From Candidatus Acidiferrum sp. (GTDB lineage Bacteria; Verrucomicrobiota; Verrucomicrobiia; Limisphaerales; UBA11358): a stretch of 64,000 nucleotides of DNA. The position numbers were made by a program, and so were the translations under genes. Below are positions 1 through 10,421 of the stretch, in pieces; positions within the stretch are counted from its first letter, which is position 1, and every line of letters starts with the position of its first letter. The notes under the pieces were generated by a model. It was not told the origin of the DNA, did not search any database, and saw nothing but the letters and a program-made list of their open reading frames with translations. Where the stretch lies: the NCBI GenBank assembly GCA_035506715.1, contig DATJOW010000053.1, positions 21,904-85,903 of the forward strand, in the 5' to 3' direction.

Positions 1-4
1 CGCC

Positions 5-628
5 ATGAATGGCCTCGGCGCGCTGACCGATGCTTCCGGCCATCTGGCGGGCCGGCCGTTGGAAGAATGGAATGCGGCTTATGAAAAAGTGGAAAACTAC
101 TTCCACGCCCTGCGCGTCCGCAACAAGGTCCTGCTGGGACAACTCGTGCTCCGTGTGCTCGAACGCGCTGCGGCACGCGCGTCGGCCGAACCCACACGTT
201 CTGCCACCCAGCTCGCGGCCGAGGAAATGGACCGGCTGGTGACCGATTGGTTCAGTGAAGTGCTGCAGACCTCCCCCTTGGGCAGCGACCAGACGCTTTC
301 CACGCGCGGCCGGCTGGCGCTGCTGCTCGCCGACATGCCCGGGCGGTGGCAGGGACAATTTCTGCGGCCAGGACCCTGGCCGGAGGAATTCGTCAGCGCC
401 ATGCGCGATAGCTTTTTGCGCGCCGGGCCGGATTTTCAGCTTTCCAAGATGACGCCTCGTCCGTTTGATCTCGGTCCGATTGCCACGCTAACGCACCTGG
501 GCCGGATTCCTTACCTCCGGATGATCCTGGCCTGGGCCAGCTTTGCCTTGCTGCTGATCGGGGTGTTTTGGCTCACCCACGGTGGTTTCGCACAGGTCAT
601 GAACTGGTTCACGCGGTTCTATCGCTGA
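5..628 (+). CDS. hypothetical protein with C-terminal transmembrane helix (may be truncated at the window edge)
   Basis: The ORF stops (TGA 626-628) 1 nt before the opgH ATG at 630. The C-terminus is hydrophobic (ILAWASFALLLIGVFWL). No family recognised. Confidence 0.5.
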   Translation: MNGLGALTDASGHLAGRPLEEWNAAYEKVENYFHALRVRNKVLLGQLVLRVLERAAARASAEPTRSATQLAAEEMDRLVTDWFSEVLQTSPLGSDQTLSTRGRLALLLADMPGRWQGQFLRPGPWPEEFVSAMRDSFLRAGPDFQLSKMTPRPFDLGPIATLTHLGRIPYLRMILAWASFALLLIGVFWLTHGGFAQVMNWFTRFYR

Positions 629-629
629 A

Positions 630-2783
630 ATGGCGGATGCCCCGAATATGATCGCCGCCCCGGCCCCGCGCTTCCGCCGCGGCTGGCGGTTATTTTTGTT
701 TTACACCTCGGCTGTGCTGCTGACGGGAGCGGTATCGTGGCTGTTCGCCGACCTGCTCTGGCGCACCGGCTGGTCGGCTTCCCGCACGATGTTGCTGGCG
801 TTGTTCACCATCCTGTTCCTGTTCATCGCGCTGGGCTGCATGCACGGGGTGTACGGTTTTTTCCTGCGCCGGTTCGGCACCCCGTGGCGCATCACGATCC
901 TGAAAGAGTTTCGCAATCGGGACATCGCGGCCACGAGCACGGCGGTTGTCTTTCCGATCTATAACGAGGACGCGGTCCGGGTTTATGAGGGATTGCGCGC
1001 CACCTATGAATCGCTCGAGAAAACCGGGCAGTTGGAACGCTTCGACTTTTTCATCCTCAGCGATTCCACCAACCCGGACAAGCAGGCCGAGGAGGAACGT
1101 CGCTGGTGCGATCTGGCCCGCGAACTGGATGCGCTGGGCCGCATTTATTACCGCCGCCGCCTGGCCAACGAGGGTCGCAAGAGCGGCAACGTCCGCGATT
1201 TTCTCAACGCCTGGGGGCGCCGCTACCGGTATTTCATGGTCTGTGACGCCGACAGCGTCATGCGCGGGGAAACGCTCGTGGACCTGGTGAAGCTGATGGA
1301 GGTCCATCCGACCGCCGGCATGATTCAAACGGTGCCCGCGGTGGTGAATGCCGAATCGTGGTTCGGTCGCATGCAGCAGTTTGCCAACCGCCTGTACGCG
1401 CCGGTGTTCATCGCCGGCTTGAATTACTGGGCGCTCGACCATGGCAATTACTGGGGCCACAACGCCCTCATCCGCACCGAACCGTTCATGCAGTTTTGCG
1501 ATCTGCCGCAACTCCCCGGCCGGAAGCCCTTTGGCGGCCAGATTCTGAGCCATGATTTCGTGGAAGCCGCCCTGATGCTGCGCGAAAACCGCGAAGTCTG
1601 GTTCGCCTACGATCTCGAAGGCAGTTACGAGGAAGTGCCTCAAGGCATGATTGAAAATGCCCAGCGCGAACGCCGCTGGTGCCAGGGCAATCTGCAGCAC
1701 GGCCTGGTGCTGTTTGCCCGCGGATTGCGGGGGGCAAGCCGCCTGCACCTGTTGCTGGGCATCAGCGGGTACCTGGCCGGCCCGCTCTGGCTGGCGTTTT
1801 TGCTCACCTATAATTGGATCCGCTGGTTCCAAACGTACACCGGGCTGTCGGACATCCCCCCCGTTCATGCCTACACGCGTTATCTCAATCTAAGCGGTAC
1901 CGCGCATGCCCTCCTGATCTTCGTCATCTGCATGGTTGTCATCATGCTGCCCAAGGTGCTCGCCTTGATTGAACTGGGTTACGATCCCCGGCGCCGCCGG
2001 GCGTTTGGCGGCCTGCGGTGCGCCACCGTGAGCGTGGTGGCCGAAACGATTTTTTCCACACTCCACGCGCCACTGCTGATGCTCTGGCACACGCGTTTCG
2101 TCATTACCAACTTGCTCGGTGTCAGCGTGGGCTGGAGCCCGCAAGTCCGCGACGCGGACGGCACCGCGTGGAGTTATGCCGTTCGGCGGCACTGGGGACA
2201 TACGTTGATCGGGCTGGTGTGGGGTTGGTTCATGTGGCAGCTGGGACCGTCCTTGTTTTGGTGGTTCACACCGGTGCTGGCGGGCATGGTGTGCTCCATT
2301 CCCTTGAGTGTGTTCACCAGCCGGCGCAGCCTGGGCGCCCGGGCCCGGAAATTCAGTTTGTTCCTTACGCCTGAGGAAATTGCGCCGCCGCCCGAACTGG
2401 TCGCCCTCCGCGCCAACATGAAGGTCCATGAACTGACCGAGGACACGTCACCGCGCCATCCCTACGCCGGGCTCGCAGAGATGGTGCTGGACCCGTACGT
2501 CAATGCCATTCATGTCACCCTGTTGCGTGAGAAACAACTGAATCCGGTCTATGTCGAACAACTGGTGGGACTGGGAGCGGGCACGCCCAAAGTCCGGGAT
2601 CTGGGCGAAAAACTGCTGGTAAACGGACCGCATAAACTGACACTCGCCGAGCGGCAGCTGATCACATCCGATGCCCAAACCATGGTTTGGCTGCACCACG
2701 AGGCGTGGCTGCGCCCGGGCGAATCGCTCGCCCCTTGGTGGCGGGCCTCCATCCGCGTGTTCAGCCAGCGCGACCAGTCCTGA
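630..2783 (+). CDS. opgH: glucans biosynthesis glucosyltransferase H (OpgH/MdoH)
   Basis: 717 aa. It carries the GT2 signatures FMVCDADSVM and AQRERRWCQGNLQH. Multiple TM segments flank the catalytic domain. Confidence 0.85.
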   Translation: MADAPNMIAAPAPRFRRGWRLFLFYTSAVLLTGAVSWLFADLLWRTGWSASRTMLLALFTILFLFIALGCMHGVYGFFLRRFGTPWRITILKEFRNRDIAATSTAVVFPIYNEDAVRVYEGLRATYESLEKTGQLERFDFFILSDSTNPDKQAEEERRWCDLARELDALGRIYYRRRLANEGRKSGNVRDFLNAWGRRYRYFMVCDADSVMRGETLVDLVKLMEVHPTAGMIQTVPAVVNAESWFGRMQQFANRLYAPVFIAGLNYWALDHGNYWGHNALIRTEPFMQFCDLPQLPGRKPFGGQILSHDFVEAALMLRENREVWFAYDLEGSYEEVPQGMIENAQRERRWCQGNLQHGLVLFARGLRGASRLHLLLGISGYLAGPLWLAFLLTYNWIRWFQTYTGLSDIPPVHAYTRYLNLSGTAHALLIFVICMVVIMLPKVLALIELGYDPRRRRAFGGLRCATVSVVAETIFSTLHAPLLMLWHTRFVITNLLGVSVGWSPQVRDADGTAWSYAVRRHWGHTLIGLVWGWFMWQLGPSLFWWFTPVLAGMVCSIPLSVFTSRRSLGARARKFSLFLTPEEIAPPPELVALRANMKVHELTEDTSPRHPYAGLAEMVLDPYVNAIHVTLLREKQLNPVYVEQLVGLGAGTPKVRDLGEKLLVNGPHKLTLAERQLITSDAQTMVWLHHEAWLRPGESLAPWWRASIRVFSQRDQS

Positions 2784-2802
2784 CTGCACCCCCTCCCGTC
2801 CG

Positions 2803-3951
2803 CTATAACAGTCCCAAAGCGCGCTGCAATTCGGTGTCCGTGTTGTAAAAGTGCGGCGCAAAACGCAGATAATTTTGCCCCTGCCGGTCAGTGCGCAACG
2901 ACGTGATGACGCCCGCCTCCGCCAGTTTTTTATGCAAGGCCACCAGATCCGAACCCGGGCGGTAGGCGGAGACGATGCTGCTGGCGTTGGCCGGCGTCGC
3001 ATCCGCGTTCAACACGGTAAAGCCTTTCGTCTGCAAGGCAGGCACGAGTTGCGCGCGTTTGCGAAGCAGCTCCACCGCAATGTTCTCCACGCCGATTTCC
3101 TGCACCAGTTCCAGCGCGGCAATCAATCCCACCAGGCCGATCAGGTTGTGCGTCCCGGCTTCGTATTTGACCGCGCCGGAGCGGAAGACGATTTGTTCCT
3201 GCGCGACAAAGTTCGGATTCCGCACGTTGTGCCAGCCGTAAACCGGTGGTTTCAACTGATCCTGAAGCTCGCGGCGGACGTACAGCAGGCCGGCGCCGCA
3301 CGGCCCGAGCAGCCACTTGTGCGCATCCGCCGCAAGAAAATCCACATATTCCACGGGGGTCGGGAACGCCCCCAGCGTCTGGATCGCATCCAGGCAGAAC
3401 CAGATGCCGCGTTCACGCAGATATTTGCCGATGATTTGGTGTTCCAGCCGGTAACCGCTGATAAAGTGACAGGACGCCAGGGCGACCAACCGCGTGTTCT
3501 CGTCCACCTGCCCCATCACGTCCTGCGGCCGGATGACGCCCAAGCCGCGGGTGTTGAGGAGGCGGACCTCGATACCGCGCTCGGCCAGCGCCAGCCACGG
3601 ATAAACATTCGAGGGATAATCGTCGTGGTAAATCAGAATGTTATCGCACTTGCGGAAATTCAAGCCCGCGGCGACAAAACTTAATCCGAGGGACGTCGGC
3701 CCGACGAGGGCGACTTCCTCGGGCTGGCAATTCAGCAATCGGGCGCCCAGCCGGCGGGCGTCTTTGAGCCGATGAATGACCAGAGCTTCCTGATCGCCGA
3801 GAGTGCCGCCGCGGGCGCATTCGGCCATGGCGTCGGCCACCCGGCGCGGTAAAGGGCAGACCCCGGCGTGTGCGAGAAAAATTTTCCCGCGGGTGACCGG
3901 AAAATCGTTTCGGCGCTGCTCCTCGCTGGCGAACCATTCAGCCAAAGTCAT
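2803..3951 (-). CDS. aminotransferase class V-fold PLP-dependent enzyme (NifS/IscS-like fold)
   Basis: 382 aa. The PLP-lysine context is ADAHKWLLGPCGAGLLYV. The gene is convergent with opgH. Confidence 0.8.
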   Translation of the reverse strand: MTLAEWFASEEQRRNDFPVTRGKIFLAHAGVCPLPRRVADAMAECARGGTLGDQEALVIHRLKDARRLGARLLNCQPEEVALVGPTSLGLSFVAAGLNFRKCDNILIYHDDYPSNVYPWLALAERGIEVRLLNTRGLGVIRPQDVMGQVDENTRLVALASCHFISGYRLEHQIIGKYLRERGIWFCLDAIQTLGAFPTPVEYVDFLAADAHKWLLGPCGAGLLYVRRELQDQLKPPVYGWHNVRNPNFVAQEQIVFRSGAVKYEAGTHNLIGLVGLIAALELVQEIGVENIAVELLRKRAQLVPALQTKGFTVLNADATPANASSIVSAYRPGSDLVALHKKLAEAGVITSLRTDRQGQNYLRFAPHFYNTDTELQRALGLL

Positions 3952-3993
3952 GCCGCGAAGTTAATTCGCCCGGGGCCGGTGCGCCAAGCGGAA

Positions 3994-5007
3994 TCAGAAT
4001 CCGTTGAGCACATTGGTAACCTGGCCAAAATAACCTGCGTAAAATTGGACGATTTTGTACGCGATGATCAGCGCCACCAGCAAATAAGCCAGCCGGGGCG
4101 TCCACTGGGCAAAGGCCTGCAGCTTCCGCGTCCCGTCTTCGTGGTAGAGCCGGTTCAGATTCCGGAGCGATTCATCGAGCTTGCCGCTGATTTCGCCGCT
4201 GGCATAAAGATTGGCAAACGATTCGGGAAACAGCGGACAACGGCGGACGGCTTCCGAAGGCATCTGGCCGGCGGTCACGCGCGGTTTCCAGGCGGCCACA
4301 GCCCGGCGCAAGGCCGGCGACCCGCTGGCCGTGGCCGCCATGTCCCAGGCTTCGAAGATATTGATCCCCGCGCTGATGAGCGCTTCCAGTGCCGCGGCCA
4401 GCCGGGCCAGGGCCAAATAACGCCGCGCCGTTCCCAGGATGGGAACCGCATGCAGAATCGATTCGATCACCGCTCGCCAGTTTTCGCCATGTTTGCTCTG
4501 GGTGGCGTAAATCAGGATCGCGACCGCGCCGTAAAGCGGGGCCAGGACCAGGGCCGCGCGGGCAAACAGGAACGACAGGCTGGCCCCGAACTGGGAGGCG
4601 GCAAAAGGCAGCACGATTAAGAAAATGAAGGCGGCCAGATGGATCAGCACGACCGGATAGATGAGCTGGCTGATCACCTGCTGAATGAGGCGGGCGCGTT
4701 CATTATAGTATTCGCTGAGCGCGCGGAAGCTGGCATCCAACCGCCCGCTTTGTTCGCCGGCGCCAATCAAGGCCACGTCGAACGCCGGCAGCCAGTCGAG
4801 CCGGCGCAAGGATTCGGCCACGGTTTCGCCTTTCGCCAGCTCGCCCAGCAGTTGCTGCAACGGCCGCCGATAGGCCGCGGCGGGCGGTGTGCGCTGGATT
4901 TGCTCCAGCGCGCGAAGGAGGGGAATTCCCGCGGAGGTGAGCTGCCCCAACTGCTGGTACAACTCGGCCCGCTGGGTGAATTGGCGGGGCGAGAGGATGA
5001 GCGGCAT
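3994..5007 (-). CDS. type II secretion system F-family (GspF/PilC-like) inner-membrane protein
   Basis: 337 aa polytopic protein with a T2SSF-like pattern (LSEYYNERARLIQQVISQLIYPVVL, GEISGKLDESLRNLNRLY). No ATPase or pseudopilin genes are adjacent. Confidence 0.7.
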   Translation of the reverse strand: MPLILSPRQFTQRAELYQQLGQLTSAGIPLLRALEQIQRTPPAAAYRRPLQQLLGELAKGETVAESLRRLDWLPAFDVALIGAGEQSGRLDASFRALSEYYNERARLIQQVISQLIYPVVLIHLAAFIFLIVLPFAASQFGASLSFLFARAALVLAPLYGAVAILIYATQSKHGENWRAVIESILHAVPILGTARRYLALARLAAALEALISAGINIFEAWDMAATASGSPALRRAVAAWKPRVTAGQMPSEAVRRCPLFPESFANLYASGEISGKLDESLRNLNRLYHEDGTRKLQAFAQWTPRLAYLLVALIIAYKIVQFYAGYFGQVTNVLNGF

Positions 5008-5022
5008 GACGCCGACGCGGGG

Positions 5023-5355
5023 TCAGACCGTAACCCGGTCGAGGCTGGTTTTGAAATCGCGTTTGCTGCGCGCGCCGACAATCTGGTCGGCCACCTGACC
5101 TTTGTTGAAGAGCAGGAGCGTCGGGATGGCGCGAATGCCGTACTCGGCCGCCAGCGCCTGTTGCTCGTCAATGTTGACCTTGCCGATCTTCACCTTGCCT
5201 TCATACTCGTCGGCGAGTTCATCCAGAAGCGGCGCGATCATCTTGCACGGGCCGCACCATTCGGCCCAGAAATCCACCAGCACCGGCACCGGCGACTGCA
5301 GAACCTGCTGCGCAAAGTTCTCTCCGGTCAGCGCGATAATCAGAGGCGAAGCCAT
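5023..5355 (-). CDS. trxA: thioredoxin
   Basis: 110 aa with the active site [16 protein letters not shown] at 5355. Confidence 0.9.
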   Translation of the reverse strand: MASPLIIALTGENFAQQVLQSPVPVLVDFWAEWCGPCKMIAPLLDELADEYEGKVKIGKVNIDEQQALAAEYGIRAIPTLLLFNKGQVADQIVGARSKRDFKTSLDRVTV

Positions 5356-5404
5356 ACGTCAAAAAAAGTTGAGTTTACAGACTGCCCGGTCGCGGGCCTT
5401 GGTC

Positions 5405-5848
5405 TCAGCCGGCAATAGCACTGTTCAACATCAGCAACATCCAAACCGTGGTTCCGATGGCGATGAGGCCCACGACCGCGGCCGCCATGATCAGGACTTG
5501 GTCCAAGGTGCCGAGGCTGGGAGCTCCCGCCGCTGCCTTTGGCGCGGGTGCGGTCGGTCGGGGTTGAGCGGCCGGAGCGGCCGCCGTCGAGACCGTACTG
5601 CGGGTGGCGGGCGCAGCCGCGGCCGCGGCCGGTTTGGCTGCAGGAGCAGGCGGGGGTGTCGCACTGGGAGCTCCGGTTGGACCCCCAGGCGGCAGCGTAG
5701 GCAGCTTGATCGTAGGCGCCGTGGATGGTTTGGGCGGCAAGTTGATACGGACAGTCTCTTTTTTGGGCTGGACCTTGCCGGTTTCCTTTTTCGCCGGCGG
5801 GACCGCGCCCGCCGGGGAGCCTGGGATGTTTTGCGGGATATCAGCCAT
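5405..5848 (-). CDS. Pro/Ala-rich protein with C-terminal membrane anchor
   Basis: 147 aa. A long low-complexity P/A tract is followed by the hydrophobic tail IMAAAVVGLIAIGTTVWMLLML. No family recognised. Confidence 0.5.
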   Translation of the reverse strand: MADIPQNIPGSPAGAVPPAKKETGKVQPKKETVRINLPPKPSTAPTIKLPTLPPGGPTGAPSATPPPAPAAKPAAAAAAPATRSTVSTAAAPAAQPRPTAPAPKAAAGAPSLGTLDQVLIMAAAVVGLIAIGTTVWMLLMLNSAIAG

Positions 5849-5946
5849 AATATTGGTGGATCAAGATAGACGGCGGCAGCGGCGTGTCAAATTTAAAAAG
5901 CCGGCCAGCTCCTTGACCGCCCCCGGTGCCGGATGGATGGCGGCGG

Positions 5947-6252
5947 TTAACGGCGCTCCGACCGTTCACTGCGCCCGCCGCTCCAGCGCGGCGGGCGTTC
6001 CTCGCGCGGCCGGGCGACATTCACGGTGATGGCGCGGCCTTGAAAATCCTTGTTGTGAAATTGTTCGATGGCCTTCTGAGCTTCTTCGGGCGTGGCAAAC
6101 TCCACGAAAGCAAACCCGCGGGATTTGCCGGTGGCTTTATCCAGCATCAGGTTGACGGAGGTGACGGCCCCCGCCTGAGCGAAGTAGTCCTGCAAGTCGT
6201 TTTCTCCGGTTTGGTAGGAGAGATTTCCTACGAACAGTCTGGTTGGATTCAT
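5947..6252 (-). CDS. RRM-type RNA-binding protein
   Basis: 101 aa with RNP2 LFVGNL and RNP1 SRGFAFVEF motifs and an Arg-rich C-tail. Confidence 0.85.
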   Translation of the reverse strand: MNPTRLFVGNLSYQTGENDLQDYFAQAGAVTSVNLMLDKATGKSRGFAFVEFATPEEAQKAIEQFHNKDFQGRAITVNVARPREERPPRWSGGRSERSERR

Positions 6253-6439
6253 AATACACTACGCCCGCTCAAGGGAACACGTGGGGAGTTCTGCACCGGC
6301 AGGATCACCGAATGTCACTTTCTGTTTACGGACAATCTGTCTGATTGACACCAACACGATTTGTTCTTTGAACTGGCCACAGGCTTTGTAACACAGGCGC
6401 CGTTGAAGTCAACAATAAGCAGGAGAATGGTCTCAGGTA

Positions 6440-7816
6440 TTATTCCTCGATCAATCCCCGCCGCGCCCCCCCGAGCAGTTGCTCGATAAAACCGGTCGAA
6501 TAAACCCCGCGCCGGAAATTGGGGTCCTGCATGATGGCCTGCTGGAATGAAACCGTGGTTTTGATGCCCGTGATCAGGTATTCGGACAGGGCACGGTTCA
6601 TACGATCCATGGCTTCGCGGCGGTCTTTGCCTGACGTGATCAATTTGCCGATCATCGAATCATAAGTCGGCGGGATGGTGTAACCCGCGTAAGCATTGGT
6701 ATCCACCCGCACCCCCCGCCCGCCGGGTTGAAAGTACATTTCAATCCGACCCGGGCTGGGGCGAAACTCGTCAAACGGATCCTCCGCGTTGATGCGACAT
6801 TCGATGGCGTGGCCTTTGATTTGAATGTCACTCTGCGAATGCTGCAGCGGCTCGCCCATGGCCAGCAGGATTTGATAACGCACCAGATCGATGCCGGTGA
6901 CCTCCTCGGTGACGGGGTGCTCGACCTGTACGCGTTTGTTGACTTCCAGGAAGTAAAAATTACCCTGATTATCCACGATAAACTCGACGGTGCCGGCGTT
7001 GGTGTAGCGGGCCGCCTCGGCGATTTTGACGGCCGCCTTGCCGATCTTGTCCCGCAGTTTGCGAAAGCGGTTTTCGAGCAGTGGCGACGGGGCTTCCTCC
7101 ACCAGTTTTTGATTGCGCCGCTGGACGGAACAATCACGTTCGCCCAGATGAATGATCCGCCCCTTATGATCGCCGAGGATCTGGATTTCGATGTGATGCG
7201 GGTTCTCGATGAATTTTTCAATGTAAACCCCCGAGTTGCCAAACGCCTTTTCCGCCTCGGAGCGGGCCGTGTGGTAGCCTTTCACCAGCGATATGTCATT
7301 GTGCGCCACTCGCATCCCCCGCCCACCCCCGCCGGCCACGGCCTTGATCATGACTGGGTAACCGATTTGCTTGGCAACGGCCAGGGCCTCCTGTTCCTTT
7401 TCCACGGCCCCTTCCGAACCCGGCGGTGTGGGCACCCCGGCCTTTTTGGCAAGTGCCCGGCTGACCGCCTTGTCGCCCAGCGCCTGCATCGCCCGGGGGC
7501 TGGGTCCGATGAAGCGAATGTTGCAACTATCACAGACCTCGACAAAATGGGCGTTCTCGGAAAGAAATCCGTAGCCGGGATGGATGGCATCCACATCGGC
7601 AACCTCGGCCGCGCTAATGATCCGGTCAATCCGCAGGTAACTGTCGGCCGCCGCCGCTTTGCCGATGCAAATCGCTTCGTCGGCCAGTTGCACGTGCATG
7701 GAATTGACATCCGCCTCCGAATAGACCGCCACGGTACGGATATTTAATTCCTTGCAAGCGCGAATGATCCGGACGGCGATTTCGCCGCGGTTGGCGACCA
7801 GGATTTTCTCAAACAT
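6440..7816 (-). CDS. accC: acetyl-CoA carboxylase biotin carboxylase subunit
   Basis: 458 aa. The N-terminus is [21 protein letters not shown] and the ATP-grasp core is typical. It lies immediately downstream of accB. Confidence 0.95.
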   Translation of the reverse strand: MFEKILVANRGEIAVRIIRACKELNIRTVAVYSEADVNSMHVQLADEAICIGKAAAADSYLRIDRIISAAEVADVDAIHPGYGFLSENAHFVEVCDSCNIRFIGPSPRAMQALGDKAVSRALAKKAGVPTPPGSEGAVEKEQEALAVAKQIGYPVMIKAVAGGGGRGMRVAHNDISLVKGYHTARSEAEKAFGNSGVYIEKFIENPHHIEIQILGDHKGRIIHLGERDCSVQRRNQKLVEEAPSPLLENRFRKLRDKIGKAAVKIAEAARYTNAGTVEFIVDNQGNFYFLEVNKRVQVEHPVTEEVTGIDLVRYQILLAMGEPLQHSQSDIQIKGHAIECRINAEDPFDEFRPSPGRIEMYFQPGGRGVRVDTNAYAGYTIPPTYDSMIGKLITSGKDRREAMDRMNRALSEYLITGIKTTVSFQQAIMQDPNFRRGVYSTGFIEQLLGGARRGLIEE

Positions 7817-7872
7817 GGGCTTTTAGTGAAAAAGCAAAACCGGTTGACCAATGACTGTTTCCGCCGGCAAAA

Positions 7873-8346
7873 TCAAGCCGGTCGCACTTTGAATAGTGGC
7901 TGACCGAATTCCACCGGCTTGGCATTTTCCACTAGAACCTGCGTGATCACGCCTTTGACTTCGGCTTTGATTTCATTCATCACTTTCATCGCTTCGATGA
8001 TGCACACGACGGATTCCGGGCCTATTTCGGTGCCAATCTCGACATAACTGGCCGCCTCGGGAGATGGAGCGCGATAAAACGTGCCAATCATCGGAGATTT
8101 GACTTCCACTTCGCCAGTGGCGGGGGGTGTCATTGGCGGAACCGTGATCGGTGGTGGCGGAGTGGCAACCGGCATCAATGCCGGTGCGATGCTCGGAATT
8201 GCCGGATCGTCGTATTGAATGACGGGCGCACCCCCGTTCAACCCGCGCTTAAGCCTAATTTTTGAGTCCTGACGTTCCAATTCGAATTCCGTGATGGAAT
8301 TCTTTTTCATCAGGTCAATGATGGCTTTGATGTCTTTTATATCCAC
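7873..8346 (-). CDS. accB: acetyl-CoA carboxylase biotin carboxyl carrier protein
   Basis: 157 aa with a Pro/Ala linker and the biotinylation motif IIEAMKVMNEI. Confidence 0.9.
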   Translation of the reverse strand: MDIKDIKAIIDLMKKNSITEFELERQDSKIRLKRGLNGGAPVIQYDDPAIPSIAPALMPVATPPPPITVPPMTPPATGEVEVKSPMIGTFYRAPSPEAASYVEIGTEIGPESVVCIIEAMKVMNEIKAEVKGVITQVLVENAKPVEFGQPLFKVRPA

Positions 8347-8536
8347 AGTGCGTTTTCGTTAAAGTATGCCTAGTTCTCTTTGTTTTACCCTTAAATTGCC
8401 CTAAAATAACCGTTGATGACAGCTATACGATTAGTTCATTGTTCAGTTGTTCGCGATAATACTGGCTTAGAGAAGAACCGTCAAGCCGCAAAAAAAGAAA
8501 GTTAAACACATTAAATTCACAGTAAAATCATGGCTT

Positions 8537-8983
8537 TCATGGTCTTTTTCTGGATACTTTAACGTTCACTGAAGCATCTAAAGCCAAAATATATGATTTT
8601 TCACCAAACCCACTAATCTGACCACAGCAAACGGGGGCAATCAGCGATTTTTGCCTGAACTCCTCGCGCGCGTGAATATTGGAAAGGTGGATTTCAATGG
8701 TTGGTATTCCCACAGCCGCAATCGCATCGCGCAACGCAATGCTGGTATGGGTATAGGCAGCGGCGTTAATAACGATGACATCGAACTTCCCTTTGGCTTG
8801 CTGGATCCAGTCAACCAGTTCCCCTTCCAAGTTGGATTGCCGGAAATCAATTCCCACCTTCAACTCGGCCGCACGCTTGCGCACCCGGGACTCGATGTCC
8901 GCCAGCGTAGCACGGCCATAGACTTTCGGTTCGCGCTTTCCCAGCAGATTCAGGTTTGGGCCGTTCAGGAAAAGAATGTTCAT
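8537..8983 (-). CDS. aroQ: type II 3-dehydroquinate dehydratase
   Basis: 148 aa. The N-terminus is [23 protein letters not shown] and [12 protein letters not shown] is present. Confidence 0.9.
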   Translation of the reverse strand: MNILFLNGPNLNLLGKREPKVYGRATLADIESRVRKRAAELKVGIDFRQSNLEGELVDWIQQAKGKFDVIVINAAAYTHTSIALRDAIAAVGIPTIEIHLSNIHAREEFRQKSLIAPVCCGQISGFGEKSYILALDASVNVKVSRKRP

Positions 8984-10398
8984 GGGCGACGGGTAGCATA
9001 GTCGGCCCCGGAGGGCTTGTCGATTTCATTTGCAGTCGCCGCCAGGAGAAAACCTAAAAGGGTAAAAGCTGTCCAAGCCAGCGCCGGCACGTAAAGGCTG
9101 AACTCGCCTAGCCCTTGAATGAACCAGCCCAAGACTCCCAAAAAAATCGCAAATGCTATTGGGTCAGCTGAATGCCATACGCGACGACCGACAGTGACCA
9201 AACCCAGCGTTATCCAAGCCGCATAAAGCATCCCCCCGACCACGCCGGAATCGGAAAATTGTTCCAAATAATCATTGTGCGTCAGCCGGGCCATCTCGGC
9301 CTCGGGCACCTTGAGCCGCGCATAGGGCCGCTGAAACGTACCGGGACCGGTTCCCAGCAACGGTTTTTCCCATACCGTGGTCACAGCCGCCCGCCAGTAA
9401 TCAAGTCGGGCGCCGGCGCTGGTGGCGCCACCGGCAAAATAGCTATGAAAACGCACGGCAAAAATTCCAAACCCAATCACGGCAACTCCCGCCAAAGCCG
9501 CCCCCTTCACCGGAACCGGCCAAGGCAGGCGCAACAGGCAGGTAACCGCCATGGCCATCGCAATCAGCCAGCCCAGTTTTGAGCCGGTCCAGAAGAAGGC
9601 CAGGCCGCCCAGAAAGACCGTCAGCCCGGTGACGGCGGCGGGCAGCGGCGGACGCAGGCGGCTGGCACTGGTAAAGGCCAATACCAGCGACACGGGCAGC
9701 AGCAACAAGATCACGCCCGCCAGCGCGTTCGGATACACCAGGGTGCCCATGACCCGGCCGTTGGCAAACTTGGCCAGCATGACCGGATTGGCTACGTCCA
9801 CTCCGTTGGTGGTGATGATGGCCTGATCGCGTTTCATTTCCACCATCAGTTCCGGCGGGATGTTCGTCCAGCCGGCGCGCTCGCCCTCCACCAGCATTTG
9901 CCGGCTCTGGGGAAATTCAAACAAACGCTGGTTGATGCCGCGAACCAGACAGAAGGCAAACGCCAGCAGCAGTGCGACGAGAAGCCAGCGCAGGTTCCGG
10001 CCGCGCCCCAAGTTCAAAGCCCCGATGAAGTAACAGCAAAGACATCCTGCAAATTGGCAGAGGGTGATCGCGGTCAGATTGCCGTCCACGGTCTGCGTGG
10101 CGGAAAGCAGCTGCCATCCAAACCAAAGACATGGCAGCAGCCAGAGCCACGAAACCCCGGGCCAGCGCAACGGGCGCGCGAAAAAAATCCCGGCGCCGGC
10201 CAGGGCCAGCGGCCACAGGATCCAGTTGGCCCAGCGGGTCGGCCAGGCGTCCACCCAGTATTCACCCGGCGTGGCTGGTGGCGTGATCTTGTAGTCTAGG
10301 ATGACCGGATTACCGAATTTGAGAATGGCCAGGCCAAGGAACAGTCCAAACGCCAGCGCATAAAGTCCAATCCGGGTTGGTGGGGTTTCGGACTTCAT
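8980..10398 (-). CDS. O-antigen ligase (Wzy_C)-family polytopic membrane protein
   Basis: Start trimmed to the ATG at 10398 (MKSETPP...) because the longer ORF overlaps holB. It has many TM helices and an [18 protein letters not shown] loop typical of the Wzy_C family. Its stop overlaps the aroQ start. Confidence 0.65.
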   Translation of the reverse strand: MKSETPPTRIGLYALAFGLFLGLAILKFGNPVILDYKITPPATPGEYWVDAWPTRWANWILWPLALAGAGIFFARPLRWPGVSWLWLLPCLWFGWQLLSATQTVDGNLTAITLCQFAGCLCCYFIGALNLGRGRNLRWLLVALLLAFAFCLVRGINQRLFEFPQSRQMLVEGERAGWTNIPPELMVEMKRDQAIITTNGVDVANPVMLAKFANGRVMGTLVYPNALAGVILLLLPVSLVLAFTSASRLRPPLPAAVTGLTVFLGGLAFFWTGSKLGWLIAMAMAVTCLLRLPWPVPVKGAALAGVAVIGFGIFAVRFHSYFAGGATSAGARLDYWRAAVTTVWEKPLLGTGPGTFQRPYARLKVPEAEMARLTHNDYLEQFSDSGVVGGMLYAAWITLGLVTVGRRVWHSADPIAFAIFLGVLGWFIQGLGEFSLYVPALAWTAFTLLGFLLAATANEIDKPSGADYATRRP

Positions 10399-10421
10399 GT
10401 GAGAATCACAATCGCCACCAC

